Source: Nemertoderma westbladi
Lineage: Eukaryota > Animalia > Xenacoelomorpha
Assembly (NCBI GenBank): GCA_032718475.1
Contig: JAUCBJ010003476.1
Span: forward strand, 1,995-65,994
DNA length: 64,000 nucleotides
Direction: 5' to 3'
The notes beneath the pieces were generated by a model that ran no database searches, was not told the origin of the DNA, and saw nothing but the letters and a program-made list of their open reading frames with translations. This document shows positions 12,801 to 27,898 of this stretch, in pieces (within the stretch, counting starts at the first letter, position 1; each line of letters starts with the position of its first letter). A program made the position numbers and the translations under genes.

Positions 12801-15617
12801 ATGTTGTTTTGTCTTGTTGAGTGGTTCACATGTTATTGTGTTTTGCCCAAAAGAAATAAATAGGCACCACACAGAGCATATTTCTTTATTCGTTTTGTTG
12901 TTATAAGAACGATGGAAAACAGTTATTTGCATGAAATACAATAATTTAATTGTCAAATATGTGTCCGTCACACCGCAAGGGTTCTCAAGAAGTGTGAAGT
13001 TTAGTGTATTTTGATAAACTGAAGTGCGAGTGGTGTTGGTCACAAGTCGTGGAAATTTAACGCAAAATAACCGCAGCAGAATACATTGGCGATAAAAACA
13101 TCCTTGTATGGTAATTTGTACACACATACCATGTCCCTGAAAAAATAGAAAACACCTTTCTTAAATTATATTTGCAAAACATAATTGAAAGTCCGCTATT
13201 TAACTAAATGCTAAATAATTAAATAACATATACATTGCATAAAATGATATATATAAATATGAAAACAAAACAGTGCTGTAAAAGAAGAAAACCTTTCAAA
13301 CGGCAAAATTTAAGAAGATTTTGTTATCTAAAAAAAAATTCAAATTTCTTGACTTTGACTAAATGACTTGTCTTATATTTCTAATCCTTAACACAATAAT
13401 TGGAACAATTGGAACGTCTCTCGCTAAGTTATAATAAGCTATAAATTATATTTTAGGGGAAGAAATATTATATATTTACGTTTCCACCGCATTTCGGTAC
13501 TTGTATATAGGAGCAAAGCTATCCGTCGAAGAGAATTTGTTTTGTAAAACTTTTATGGTACTTTGGGATGGAATTATAACAGTTGCAGGTTGACCTACCA
13601 TAAGAAATGAGTTTCTAATCGGAATAGTTCGATTTCTGAATCCCTAGAATACCTTTTCCGTAAACTAGCGCATAGAGAACATCTTCGGTTTGATAAAACG
13701 CACTCAGTGTCTCTTGGCGCACTGCGCGTTGGACACTAACAGTAATCATCCGCACACGGGATTCTTTGGGAAACCTGCCGGCAAAGTAAATCTGATCCGA
13801 CAAACTCAGTGTGTCACAAGTTCCGCGTTTAATCTCTATTGGGTGACGCCCTGGGGCGGCTATAAAGTGGGTTTATTTGAGTAAAATATAGTCGCTCAGA
13901 TTGAGAAGCTGTCTTCCCCTCTTTACACCGTATTTGCACAACTCAAAACTCGTCAACTTTTTGACAGCTGAGAAGAACCAAAGTATATAAAGATAATAAT
14001 AACCTATGACTTGTCTTTTTATAATTTACTCATTATGTAAAAAAAAACCCAGTGGCAGGCGGGACTAAACTCCGTGTAAATAATATCTTAATAAAAGGTA
14101 CGTTCATTTCTTTGTATTTCTTCTGAATTAAATGATAAATATTATTACATAAAACACATTAACCTCGGCCCTGACATGGGAAAAAGTGTCGAATCATTAT
14201 CATATTTTTGAAAAATTAAAATCATAACAGTTTTATATTTAATTTGTACATGAAATTGAGACCTTAGACTATAATATGGTCACCGAAGCCGCAGATATTG
14301 ACAAAGACAAATGTACAAACATATAGAATAAAACACAAAGCTATGTGTGCTTAAGGAGTTCCTGGGGTTTACATTTACGGTCCACTGTGGTCCCCTTACA
14401 ACGACAGGCGCGTGCTCCCCTGCAGACAAACAGCGAGTGCTGATGTCCCGTCGTTTGGCTGAGTCACACATCGAGGTAAATACGCCAAATGTCCCGTCGT
14501 GAAACTCTACGAAAACTCAATCCATTTCGATGGTATCCTGACCTCAAATGCTGGGAACACTCTTTCTAAATTCTAATGTCTACCCCCCCCCCCCCCCCCC
14601 CCTTTCTTATTGTCACACAGAGCCTAGGGCAAACTCGCAAAAAATCATTATGAACAACTGCCAAAAGCGAGCCAGAACATTCTGCTAATTGAGGGGTGTA
14701 GTATATAGTTATAGCGCCTGGTAAACCCCCATTAGACTACAGTCCGTATATAATCCAGGTACAACGAAAGTCCGCTGTTAGCCCCTATTGTTTGCTTTCC
14801 ATTCCATGTGCCTCTTACGCCTTGTCGGTTCTACGGAGCGGCCCTTACTCTCGCCTCCAGTTATATTCGCTCTATTGCCCCACCACCCGTGGTGACAAAC
14901 TCTTTTAAACCGCAGTGTTAACATTCGCACCGAAGAATTTCACGCTCCGAGGTATACGAAGTTTCGCTATTGTAAACTTTACCTGTAGATGTTATAATCC
15001 AACTCTTCCGTGGTTATTGTTGGCTTAGGCCCCGTTTTTTAGAGGCCTCGCATACAAAGGGGCTGGAGTTCCGATGCTTGTTGCTGAACATAAGGGGCCT
15101 CACACACAGATTTAAATGTCTTGATTACACGTCGACGGCCCTAGAAGTGTTTGCGTGGGTTCCCCCATATACTATATAGTTTTAATGATAAGGCGTGGTT
15201 GTACCCACTCCATCACATCTCAATAGGTATTTATAAACCTTTTAAAACTCTTCACTTTAGAATTGGAGTTAACTTAGGAACTTTAATACTTTCATGGTTT
15301 AGAGACCTCCGCCCTAAAAAAAATGTTAACGGATTATATACGTTGTATTACAAAGTATACCCATATTACGACAAACGCATTTACAAACACATTAACTATA
15401 CCTCGAAATATAACAGCGGTTCTCACAAACGAAGAGCATTATTGTTTTACATTTTAATACAAACACATAAAGATTCTATTGAAAACACGCTTATCGCTTT
15501 TTCGCCGTTTATTTTAGCGTTTCATTATTAATAAAATGGACATTCTTATTCTAAAAGTCATAATTTAAAGTCAATATTTATTAAGTTACATCTATAGAAG
15601 AGTATACTTAAATGTGA

Positions 15618-15848
<231 letters not shown>

Positions 15849-16174
15849 TAAAATATTGTCAATATAAAATATACGAATTCAATAGTTATATTGATGTCGT
15901 GTAAATAATAATCAAATAATTATTATTTTGGAAACTGATTTAAAGTTATTTTCGATAATTATAATCAGCATTAATTAAGCATTATTAATTAAGCATAATT
16001 TTTATATTTATGGGTTGGAATTTTAATATTTTAACTGATTCCGAATTGTCGTAAACCCGAATATTATATAGGCCTAATTACTAAACAATAACAAATCAAG
16101 AAGTACTTTAAAATATATCAATATAGTTTCGCTGAATAAATTGTTTTTAATCTATCTTTTACATTTACTTTCAG

Positions 16175-16402
16175 TTTCACCCGCAAGTCCACATGAAGAC
16201 CCCTCCTCCCGTGGACGTGCCGCCAGCGCCGATGGCCAGCCAATCACACGGCATCACCCACGATCACGTGACCACGGGTATAAACAGCGGAGCGACGTCT
16301 CTAAATGGACTGTCTAGCTCCCTGACAGACTGGTACGTTGGCAGCATACCAACACCCCCCAGCACCCAACACTCACCCTCGTCACCCCTATCCCATGTTT
16401 GA
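16175..16402 (+). CDS. Zic: Zic coding exon 3 (end of ZF5, C-terminus)
   Basis: Acceptor TTTACTTTCAG|; in frame FHPQVHMKTPPP...SSSLTDWYVGSIPTPPS...HV*. DWYV corresponds to the Zic C-terminal (N/S)EWYV motif. The three exons total 1371 nt, or 456 aa plus stop. Confidence 0.9.
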   Translation, partial: FHPQVHMKTPPPVDVPPAPMASQSHGITHDHVTTGINSGATSLNGLSSSLTDWYVGSIPTPPSTQHSPSSPLSHV

Positions 16403-17772
16403 TCGATGCACCCCTTAATGGTGATTGTTGTAATCATTTACTGTTTGCCACATATTGTTGCACTGTCGTGGAATAACTGCACTCCCCCCATATACTAATA
16501 CTTTGCAGTATACTTGCTGTCTGTGTCACTGACTCAGATAAAAAATCGTCGTCGACATCTTATGTTATATTAACTTCGCACGCATCATTCATAATTACCG
16601 TCGACATTCGTAACTGCATTTAAGCGAATATTAAGCGCAAACTTTTAATATTGTTTTTTCTTTCTCTTCGCAGACTGTGCAATAATATTATATTATGTAA
16701 TATATTGGTAAATATGTTATTTGCATGCATCACAACGCATCTTGTAGTTTTATTTTGCAATGTTAATTTATTATGTTATTATCAGCTTCATTGCAGCTTG
16801 TTACTTAGGCATATATCTTATAAACCTATATACAATATATACAGTTATTTATATATACAAATATACATGGTTTACAGTATATATTCACAACTGTGTATAA
16901 CATAAATTAATTTCCCAGATATGGTAAATCTTTTCGTTGAAAAAACGAATATATTTATATGTCAAAAATTTCGGAACAATGCACTTTATTGCTAAAGTGT
17001 ACAGTGTTCACCAAAATAACAGGCTATGAAGAATATCAAAATAGTAAAAATGTTCCAGATAATACTTTCTGAAAGATTTAATTAATATACTAATATGATA
17101 TATATTATATAAAAATAATATGTTATTTGAGAAGTCATAATAATAGAATTAAGTAGTTAGACAAAGATACTTGTTATTTTTCAATAGGTTTTGTTTGTAA
17201 TACAAAGTTTTCTATAATTGTTTTATATTTTGGGTAAGGTAGGGAGGGATTTGTTATAGTAAATTTATGTTGAATTGCAATAACATTGTTAGGTGAATAA
17301 CTTTATATATTTAGAGTCTATACCGGCCTTTTAATATAATAATATATCTTATTAGTTAAGTTAGTATATAGTAGAGTAACTAATTAATTAATTAACATTA
17401 CTTTAAGAACTTATATTTTACAACAAATTTTCCCCGCTGTATACAAAAAATAATTTTATATGATTTTGTTTTACGGCTGTTTTCGCAAAAACAAAACTGT
17501 TGTTTACAAAAAGCCTAAAAATATTTAATAATGTTTATGATTCTAAATTTCTCTGATTTCACTGAATAGTTTTCCAACTATAAACAATTTCCTAATCTTA
17601 TTATTAACCTTCTATCGTGTTGCGGGCCTAATTATATTAATATAGTTTATTCCATTATGTATGAATTAGCGAAATTGGCCATATAATACGAATATAACGT
17701 AAATATATAACCTTATTTATAATTATGCTATATTATATATACATTTTCTTATGAGTGGGTCTATGGAATTGG

Positions 17773-17922
17773 GATTAGAATTAAAACTATACATGGGAAA
17801 AAAAAAGTAGAACTTTTTTCACTATTCTCGAGAGCTACAACGAGGTTAATTAAGGGTCGAGATAATATTGACAAAAATTGTTCTACCTTTTTTCTCATGT
17901 AATACGTAATTTTAATCTTAAA
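17773..17922. mobile_element. Short degenerate hairpin/MITE
   Basis: ~40-bp imperfect inverted repeats (ATTAAAA..TACATGGGAAAAAAA..GTAGAAC and GTTCTACCTTTTTTCTCATGTA..TTTTAAT). Confidence 0.4.
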
Positions 17923-17979
17923 TTGTTACTTTATATTTGTTGCTCAATTCATTAATAAAACATACAGCGATAGGGGAAA

Positions 17980-18325
17980 AATAAATTGAACTGTAGTATT
18001 TTACTATAATGCTTCCATAAGGTACAGCGATTTCAATTATCGTACTCTTCAACTCTCGATGTTGCCTTACTCAATGTTAAATAATTTAGTGTTCTCGAGT
18101 ATTTATTACATAACTAGAGAGCCGCTTAACTACCTAAACCAACATTGGATATTGAATTCCGTTTTGGAGTTCGCCTTGCAGACACTTAAGTTGCAATAAC
18201 TTTTAAGTGTGAATGGATTTTGTTCGAATTACGTGCAAACCTTTTCTACGTCGATGCTCTTTCAACACATATGTAATAAAATTTAAGAAATGCGAAATTC
18301 CACCAAAATATTATATTTTACATTT
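17980..18325. repeat. Old interspersed repeat, copy 2
   Basis: Diverged direct match to ~9520-9840. Confidence 0.6.
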
Positions 18326-19278
18326 TCTCCGGGAAAAAAAGTAAAATCAATGCAATCCTATATGGGTTAATTTTTGTTTGGGTTTATTCGAGCGAAAAAG
18401 TAACAATTTAAGAATAAAAATATTAACCGAACCTTTTAGAAAAGCAACGACTTTTGTATATGGCAAAAACAATCAAATCTCCAAGGCTATCATATCATAT
18501 CATATCACTCTATATCACTATCACTCTACTATTATAGTAGTAGGCAGAGTAACATTGATGACAAACAAATACTCTTGCACGATAAACACTGTAGGGGTAC
18601 AGACCCTACTGTGACTACATCACCCCAATACCGCAAATTTTGGTATACCACCGCGGTGAGGCCAGTGACAAAGCAACATGTAGAAATATTCTTGTATATA
18701 ATTACTCTGATCATTGGCAATATACACCGCGTGGTGCAGTATACAGAGACACCGGTAGCTATCATCTTCCTAGCTATCTATAAGCCTAAAGTACTGCGGG
18801 TGACCAATCGATATACGGGATGCCCGACAATATACAATAGAAGATCGCTCGTCACTCCATAACACCCCCCGCTGTCAGGTTGTAAGTAGGCGACTTGTGC
18901 AACAAGTTTCCGAGAAATATTACGCTGTAGAGAGAAGCAGAAATTGTTACAATGTTTTCTATACGCGACCGGGCGGTCGGGCGATGATGGAGTTGGACGC
19001 AATTAGCCAGCGTCAATCGTTATTGATGAGATGTCACAATAAGGTATTAGCAGCACTAGAGGCAATAAATGATTGTAGTTAGTTAATATACGAAAAACAA
19101 CCAAATATTCAAATAACTATTCATTGAATAGTTATTGTATGAAAGATTTGGGAACAAAAATATAGTTATCCATTATGCGTTTAACGTTGTCATAACTATG
19201 TGGAATCTGAAAGGGGAAAATTGGTGCAAATGCCATGTCACAAATTCATATTAATTTATATGTTAAATTATCCATTAA

Positions 19279-19542
19279 GGGAAAGCAGCAGGTTACAGAG
19301 GCACGTTTTTCTAACCAAAGCAATAAATGAAAGTCAATAGACATGATACAGTTTTATTTTTGGGAGTTATATACTATAGATGAACCAGGCAGATACGGGA
19401 AATATGAGGGGGATATAAAAATTGACCCCCCCCCCCCCCCCCTTTAGGGCGAAATCGACATAAATACACTGAATCCTGTGCTATTGACTTACGTTTATTA
19501 TTTTGGTTAGAAAAAAGTGAAACTGTAACCTGTTCCTTCCCC
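19279..19542. mobile_element. Kolobok-like MITE
   Basis: TTAA|GGGAAAGCAGCAGGTTACAG..TTTTCTAACCAAAGCAATAAA ... TTTATTATTTTGGTTAGAAAA..CTGTAACCTGTTCCTTCCCC|TTAC: ~50-bp TIRs, GG..CC termini and a TTAA-type flank. This is the Kolobok signature (piggyBac would start with CC). Confidence 0.65.
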
Positions 19543-22500
19543 TTACTTGATAAATAAATTTGTTTTTGCCGATATTGTAATTATAATATTATAAAACGGG
19601 AGATGGAATATAGGACCCTATGGGCGGCTATGTTACAGATCAACAAATAATATACCCCCCCCCCCCCCCCCCCCCCCCCTCTCCTTAATGGCAATAACTT
19701 ACGAATTCGTATACGTCAACTCAAAACATGACCAGTTATTTATATTTATATTTCTTTATAGGTACCACTGATACCACAAGTGAGTGATGTTTTCCCCAGC
19801 ACTGCCTTACACAAACTTTATTGGGGTCGAAAAGTATTCCTTTATATAAGTTTGTGAGGCAAAAAACGATGAAAAAATCAACGACGCATTGAACCTAATG
19901 GTGAATGTTTATGGTGCTGTTAGCTAGCTCATTTATGGGAGTTGAAGAAATTTAATTAATACCACACCCGTGTGACTCATGCAGTAGACTTTTTTTTATA
20001 ATTGTTCTGTGAATTCTGTGTGCAAATGCAATAATTAAATTAACGAACTATATTGTTATACCTTTTACCGTCTAACAGTAAACGTTTCAGTGTTACTAAC
20101 TGTCACTGTATTTTTTCTATTTTATAATATTGGCAATGGTTTAAAACTGACTGACATCAGTATGTATGTGTACCTAAATTAATTATAGTAATTACCAACA
20201 AACTTGTAATAAAAAAGCCTTGAATACAACCAAAGTTCTCTCCGTATAACAAGGCCAAGGCCCTGAAAAACATACATCACTTCTGTCCCCTTTTCATGCG
20301 ACCTGTTATCAAAAAGTTTTCCCATTGTCATCTAAGAGGCTGTTAACCACAGCTTTACCACGCACCCGGTACGCAACAAGGGCCTATTACCCAATTATCA
20401 AACCGTCAAACACCTTAGGCAAGTTTGCAATCTCCTTACACTTAGAAAACGCTGGCTACAGAAGCCACCTCCAACACGTAGAGGGCCTGTGTCAAGCCCC
20501 TTTTGAGGAACAACAAAAGCAGCTTTAGCACCATGGGTGTCCGGGCTGTCATAGCCAAACGGGCACTCCAGACCCCTTAATTGCCCCTCGTTGGCACCTA
20601 AACTCCGAGGCTTTGGCCCCCTCCCCCAGGCACTCTGTGGGTGTCAAGGACCCCCTATCGCTCCTAACGTTTATATAGAGGCCTCAACCAATGCCTTCGC
20701 CTAAACATCGCGTGTCAGCGAACCTGGTTATTATGGACTACCCGGGACTACTGCTTACACGCACTAGCTGACTTATTGATTATTACTGGCTTACAATCTA
20801 TAAAACTTACAGTTGCCCACTTTATGGTCATAAACTCCTCAGAGACAATTTCATGGGAGAATTTTAGTAACGTTGGTGATTTTTATTGAAAATTGAATTA
20901 GATTTCAATATATTTTTTCGTCGTTAATACAATAAACGCCGTTACTACCATCAGTAAGTTAATAGCGTCACTTCTAGTCAATTTTATAAATTGAATTTCG
21001 GACCGCAAACAGGGTGGTTTTTTTGTCCCGAGTTGTGGGGGAGCCCGTACATGTATCATTGGGGTAGCGAGGCGCATATCAGCGGGGGTTACATTAGGTA
21101 AACGCTCCAAGGTTCATTAGCAATCTTATTGGCTCACATCCTACGTTCTATGTGGATAGATTCTTTCCTCCAAGGACATGACGTGCGGTGTATATGTTTA
21201 ATTTGGGAAACGTCCTGATTCTGTGTTTTTGTGGTTTGTGGCGTGTAAAGACTCAAATGATTATTAACTCTTTAGTTTTTGACATAACAGGCCACCAACA
21301 CCAAAGTCGCCTTTAATTATCATTTCTACAGACTCTTCAACGCTTGTATAATACGGTTAAAATTGTCGCGACAATTTAAATATAATCAATTAACCCATCA
21401 TTATTTAATTCTTAACTGAACTATCTCTTTTCGCTCGTATAACTTCATTTTATTTAGTATATAAATTATTGTTATTAGGGGAATCGTAATTATATGGTTA
21501 TATTAAAATAATTAAATTAATAAATGTATATTATTAATTAATAAGCAATGATATGATATTTGGTAACAAATAACAGTGCATAATATTTGAATATATTAAA
21601 CGTTTATTATTAACTATTCTTGGTACACGCATATTTGGTATTTAAAACAAAGAAGTGTTAATTTAGTAAATTAAATGCCAAAATAAAAATATATATCATA
21701 TGAAAAACTAAATATTTTTCTTTTAATACATATCGTATTGTCGTGTCGAACAAAATATGTAAATACTACTCTATAAAGCAGTATCGGGGGGGGGGGCATC
21801 TGGCCCTCCTGTATCATGACGTTCGCCAATCGTTAGTTATTCCAGTTAAATGTTCACTATGCTATGATAAGATGTACGCATACCTTCCAAACATCTACTG
21901 TTTTCCTAGAAAAGAATAACCGCATGAGGCGTAGCAATGTTTGGACCAAACAACAGTAAGAAAAAATTTATGCTGAAGCCAATAAGTTTTCGTTATGCAA
22001 TAAATATGTGTGTTAGTTAACATGCCAATTGAAACGTGCTAACGCCACTCCCAGGGAAACCAAACCTAACATTCCTAAACACATTCCATCGTATCGTGAC
22101 TAGCATTCCAAACACAGGGCTAGAAAATAATCTTCTTAAAGCAACAAGGTGGGCGGGCAACATATGGGTTTACAGCCAGGTACACCACTGAGTGATTGAC
22201 AACCGGGATCCGATAGCCGAAACAAGGCTCCTGTGTGAGAGAGGGATTGACCTAGTCTTATTACCCATCAGTTACCCATACAGGAGGGTCTGTCTATCTC
22301 CCTGCCAATCAATCCAGCCTACCCCTGTGTTTATGTACTCCCGTCTAGTTGACTCCAGGAGTAGTAATGTAATTATTGACTGCCTGGGTAGATGTATGGT
22401 GCTTATTTTTTTGAGGACAAGATGGAATTTATAGCTGTCAGGAGTTATGTGTTTGTTTGACAGACGTTTAAGAAATGTAAGGCATCTCTGTAGTTTTTCA

Positions 22501-25227
22501 ATAATCTGTTGTGATGTGAAAACTGATAAAATATAATAAAACTGCCATAGTTACGGAAAATTTTGTTGAAATGCCTCGGGCTGAGGTACATCAGCAAGTT
22601 AAGTATTACTTCCGCTAATAAAATGGATGTCATGTGTACTAGGATGAAGTCTGCCACTGTCGGTAATCATGTAGTCCAAGCACAGGCTAAAGTTGTCATA
22701 ATCACAAGACACGTGAAACATATCTAGGGCAGTCACTATTTAATACTCACTATTTAATAGTCACTACTACCTAGTAGTAGTAATCAGACCTTGAAATAGA
22801 AGTGGCAGTGGCGTGCCACCCCTTCTCTAAATGTAAATCTCTAGAGATGATGTTAACACATTCATCGGGTCTTTCGGTTCTCAGACAGTTTGAGTCTCTG
22901 TGGTACGACTCACAGACATAGAGTCGGCAGGAAACGAGACAGAGATATATTTAATTTTTTTAGGCGATTTAAATTGATATTAATTATTAATCTTAATTTG
23001 ATTCAGAGATAAATATTGGCGTACTTCTTAAAACCTTGAGGACAATGACTATATCCGATGATCATTACTCAAATTAATTATTAATACTTATTGGATTATA
23101 AAGAGGTTTTATCTTAAATAAGTAATATAAACGACCAATCACAACCTAGGGTTGGATTTATTAAGGTTGAATTCACAGCAAACTCGATTCAATAGGTTAA
23201 TTAGTGTTAGCGTTGAATCTCCATCCATTGGGGTTGGATGGCAGGGGGTGCTATTGTCTGATTATTTGAGGCTTGTAGCTGCGTTCTTCATCTTTATGTA
23301 AATATCTCAGCTGTGACCATGCGTTAGGCCTACCCACTCAAATTGTCGCTAATATCGATTAAATAAACATACCGCCTTTTGTCCGGGAAACAATTTTCTC
23401 CACGGGTGTTCGTGTTTCGATGGGGTGGGACTCTGCATATCAGAGGAATTAGTTCTTCCTTGACAATCGATCCAAGATCTCTTGGTCTCACTCCCGGAAC
23501 CCACTGGGTCTCAGATATTTACACAATAGCCATTCCGGGGGCCTTAATTGCTTTCAGTTTCTGACAACTACCAGTTGTGTCCGACAGCTCATGTTGCTGT
23601 AAATACAGACGCGGCGTGATGATCGACAGTTCCCATTGTTGAAATAAAGTTCCGTAAAGAAACTCGATAAAACACTTCCCGCTTACGGGGAGAACTCATT
23701 GTTACTATTGTTTCATTTAAAATAAAAAAAATGCAGATATTCTGCCCTCGGGTGTATTCAGATATTTTTTTTGTGTTTTATCTACTTAAATTGCGATACT
23801 TCCTTGAACGACATAATTTATCTTGATATTTTCAAAATTTGGAATTCTCTCTCGTTCGTTTCCTATAACGGATGTATATATCCCCTTATGGCCCCTTATG
23901 TTTAATCAAAAATTATATACAACAACAACAGTAATAATAATTGAACTATCGCATATTCATTTTTAATTCAATTAACATATTCAACCTGAAGACAAAACTT
24001 GACAATGTTGGCTGTAAGTGTATAATATCCACATATCTCTCTCCGGAGAATAATACACACAAACTTATATGTTCGGAGTCAATTAATTATACGGACAATC
24101 AAGCAGGCATTCTCTAAGCCAAAGAGGAGAACTTCAATCATTATATGGTCCGGTACAGTGAATAGGAGACGATTTTACTATAAAGATATAGTAGGACAAT
24201 AGGAGATGAGTCCTATCGTAGCGAAAGCCAACCTAAACGCCATTGCCAAGTCGCTGTCACTCTAGGCCTATTGGATTGCCCGCATGAATGAAACACAGCA
24301 AGACCACACGTAGAATCAATAGGTTGTAGGCGGGGGATGTGTGACTCCGTGCCTTCAGTTATATAGGTGTTTAGTGGAGCACTGTTGTGTATTATAATCA
24401 ATAAAAGAATTCTTAAGAGTATCCCGGGGCTTTATCTTTGGGCAGGGATGGGGCAGAGCGATTGAGCGACAGGGGGTTCATACTGACCTATTGACACGGT
24501 TGCCACCCCCCATGACAGCAGACACAATACGAACCAACCTCCATCCCCACACACTCCGAGACACAGCCCCACCCCCCACAAGTTCCACTATTAACAAATT
24601 TCTTACATGATCGACATGGTCTGGCCCCTGGGTCAACCTTTCCAAGTTCGACGATGGTGTACCCAAGACCAGTCTCCTTGATAAACAGGTGAAGGAAAGA
24701 TTAATTTCAAATTAAATATTTCAATAAAATTTCGAACGGAAAGAATCTGATATTATTTACGTCAGCGGTTTTTTTATAGTTAAATGGGCAGAGAAAATAA
24801 TCTGAAGTCGGGGCAGTTACCACTAGATCGTGATCAGGTTGATTTTCCTGGTATAACAATTACCAGTTAAGCGGCAGTGTTTTTGGGTCGGCCTTGGTTT
24901 GGAAATTAGGTGTGACTATAATTGCAGTGCGCCTCATTGGTTATATGTGGGGCGCGTCTAATAACGTGTACTCTGGGAGTATGCACCATCCATGGATCCC
25001 ATAGAAAATAGGTCTACGAATGCCACCCCCTACCACCGCCCAAAATACAAGACATCTCAAGATCTTATTGATGCCAAACCGTAAACTTATTTACGATTAG
25101 TGAGCAATAATAACCAAAAGTTCCATAATCAACATACGGAAAAAAGTGAATATCTAATCTTATTGCTCAATGATCACATGTGAGATCTACTAAAATGATT
25201 TGTATGCAACAAACTAGAGCTAAGGGA

Positions 25228-25258
<31 letters not shown>

Positions 25259-26396
25259 ACATGGTACAATGCTCCCACCCTCTTACATTGGTTTTATGAA
25301 AGTAATGTCATGTTTACATCAGTAACATAATAAAATCAAGCTCGCTTTCGCTTAGTCTGCCGTTTAGATGTGCACTCACATAACCTGCTGCGAATGCAAA
25401 TACAACGATTTTAAACCCCAGTCTAGGAAGCTATGCTGCAGTAACGCCTGTTACATAGCAGCCTTCCAGACGCACTTAGAGTTGCCCACAATGGACCGTC
25501 ACCTGCTCGGTATCAGAGGACCCCTGTAGACAAACCTTTTCCGTGACAGTTGGACACCAACTCCACCAACTCCACTCACACCGGGGGTTCCATACGCTCA
25601 GTTATTCCCAACATGTATATTTCCTTATCAATATTTCCTAGGGTGCCCCTACTGTTAGTACCGGTATGGATACCAAGCAGTACCACTTACATGACAACAA
25701 TGTAAGCTTCTCTGATAAGATGAGTTATATCTTTCTATGAACGTCCGCGGGATCTTATTATGAATCTGGGAGGGGGTAAAATGATTTGGTTGGCCGAAGG
25801 AGGGGGGCACATGAGAAAAATAAACGAACTTCATATTTGATAGGAGAGATTAATTATTAACGTTGGGCGGCCTAATGCGATTCATATTAAATGTGGTATG
25901 ATAAAATTAAATAACGTAACGATTTTACTATATAAATTAATAATTAATCTAATAATTTTATCTAATAATAATAAATTTATATAATATTAATTTTAATATA
26001 ATCAATATTACTTCAGGGTTTTGGAGGTAAATGTATCTAATTTATTCTAGAAACTCATACCACAGACCGCACTGTAACCAGATACCGGATGTGTTTTACT
26101 TGGGACGTTCTCGAGATATAGTTACTAGCTTGTTCCTCTGATAGAAGATGGATGGCGCACCGCCTTTCCTACCATCAACGACAGTTCGTTTCAGAGGCCT
26201 ACGAATCACAAAATCTTGTAATATAGAAAGTATTGATTCGCCCGTAACTTTGTACACAATTAAATGGAAAATCATTAAAAAAATGAAACGAAAATATATA
26301 TTATTGTTATGATTCAGTTTTATAAGTAACTGTATAATTCCAGTCGCCCATATGCGTTGACGTCCAGGTGGGATCAACTACTACTAGGATCGGCAT

Positions 26397-27721
26397 GATG
26401 CATTGCAGCTGCATTTCAGCTGCATTGCAGCTGCATTGCAGCTGCATTTTTAAGAATGCTGTGCCGGCTTATCGACAAAATTGCAGCGCCACAACTCCCT
26501 ATCACCCATCACATTTGCTAGATCATCCGCATCTTCAAGGCCAGTGTCCTTTAAGATGCGTCTTAAGAAAGTCATGGGCTGTCCACCATGCTTATTCGCT
26601 CCATGAGGCTGCCAAAGTACAAGATTATGCACTGGCTGGTCCTCACGGCGAAAGCAATGTCCTGCAAAGCGGAGGCGATTTTGTTCTAGTGTCAAGCTTG
26701 GGGGAACCAATGAGACACCTCCAATGTTATATAGTGTCTGGTTGGAGATGTGAGCATTGTACTTGACACAATGAACCCGGCGTAGCATTCTTGTGAATGT
26801 GCCATGCAGAGATTTGGTGTCCTCAGCAGTTAGAGCCCAGCATGGACTCCCATAGAGGAGTACTGGAACTACTGCTGCTCTAAATAATCGGACCTTAAGT
26901 TTCCGATTAATTCTCGGGGACTTCCAAATCCTGGAAAGCCTATTCAAGGCTGCCCATGCCTTTCCCTTACGTATTCGAAGGTCCTCACCTGACTTCCGGA
27001 TCCATGATCCCAGGTAACAGAAGTCATCCACATGCTCAAGCATACCATCTTTTGAGCTTATGCTCATCCGATCAGAGACTTGCTGAGGACTTTCAAAGTT
27101 AACTGTCAAAATTTTGGTCTTTCTGGAGTTAATGAAAAGACCAATACTAGAAGCAGCATGTTCTAATGAGCTGAGGAGCCGTTGGGCTCTAGTGATTCTG
27201 AGAGTACTCCTAAGTCATCAGCAAAGTCTAGATCAGTTAGGTACTTGGCAGGATTTCCTCGACTTCTAGAGGCAGTAGGTGGAGTTATCATCACCCCATC
27301 TTCATTATGATGATCTAAGGACATGCGTAGAACATAGTCAACAACAATTATGACCAAGAATGGTGCAAGTGTGTCTCCCTGGAGGACGCCCGATAACACT
27401 TCAAATGGTTCTGTGTCACCGTCAACAGTAGACACAAATGTTGTCGAACCATCGTATACTGATCTGATTGCTGCAATAATTTCATCAGGAATCACATATA
27501 ATGAAAGTATGCTGAACATACGTGAGCGAGAGACTGAATCAAAGGCCTTGAAGAAGTCAACAAAGATAACAGCCAGATGCCTGTCTTTCTTTTTTGATAA
27601 ATAACTCTTCAATTATCCTTCTAAGTGCCAAAATGGGCTCCATGGTCCCACGACCTTTACGGAACCCATTCTGATTTCCACGGAGCAGTCTCTCAATGGG
27701 ATCTCTGATGCGATTTAATAG
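26397..27721 (-). mobile_element. 5'-truncated, frameshifted non-LTR retrotransposon (RTE-like): RT domain and C-terminus
   Basis: Minus-strand motifs QNGFRKGR, FVDFFKAFDSV, GVLQGDTLAPFL, LDFADD, FCYLGS, VLLYGSPCW, RLRFAGH, spread over several frames; 3' tail of tandem ATGCAGCTGCA at ~26397-26445. Confidence 0.9.
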
Positions 27722-27867
27722 ATCAAACTGCAGACAAGAATATATTAGTTTTTATACGGTACTGTTGAGCACAGTGACTTCAGATCATTTGAATATTGAC
27801 ATTTATGAGGCCGAAAATAGTGGACATTAAAGGTATCAGGTCGTATTTCCAGGCCTACCTTTTATCT

Positions 27868-27898
27868 GAGCCGCTAGCGGAATGGTTAGAGCGCCAGA
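27868..27898 (+). pseudogene. 5' half of a tRNA-like sequence (SINE head or tRNA pseudogene) split by the LTR element
   Basis: GAGCCGC-TAGCGGAATGGTTAGAGC-G-CCAGA contains an A box; it continues at 47038 with CTTCCGA-GCTGG...GTTCGATCC (B box). Confidence 0.55.

Noticed and set aside
18590-18904. Possible solo LTR (TGTAGGGG...GCAACA)
   Set aside because: No matching target-site duplication and no second copy.
24214-24470. Possible solo LTR with AATAAA and TATCG..CGACA ends
   Set aside because: Imperfect termini and flanks that do not form a TSD.
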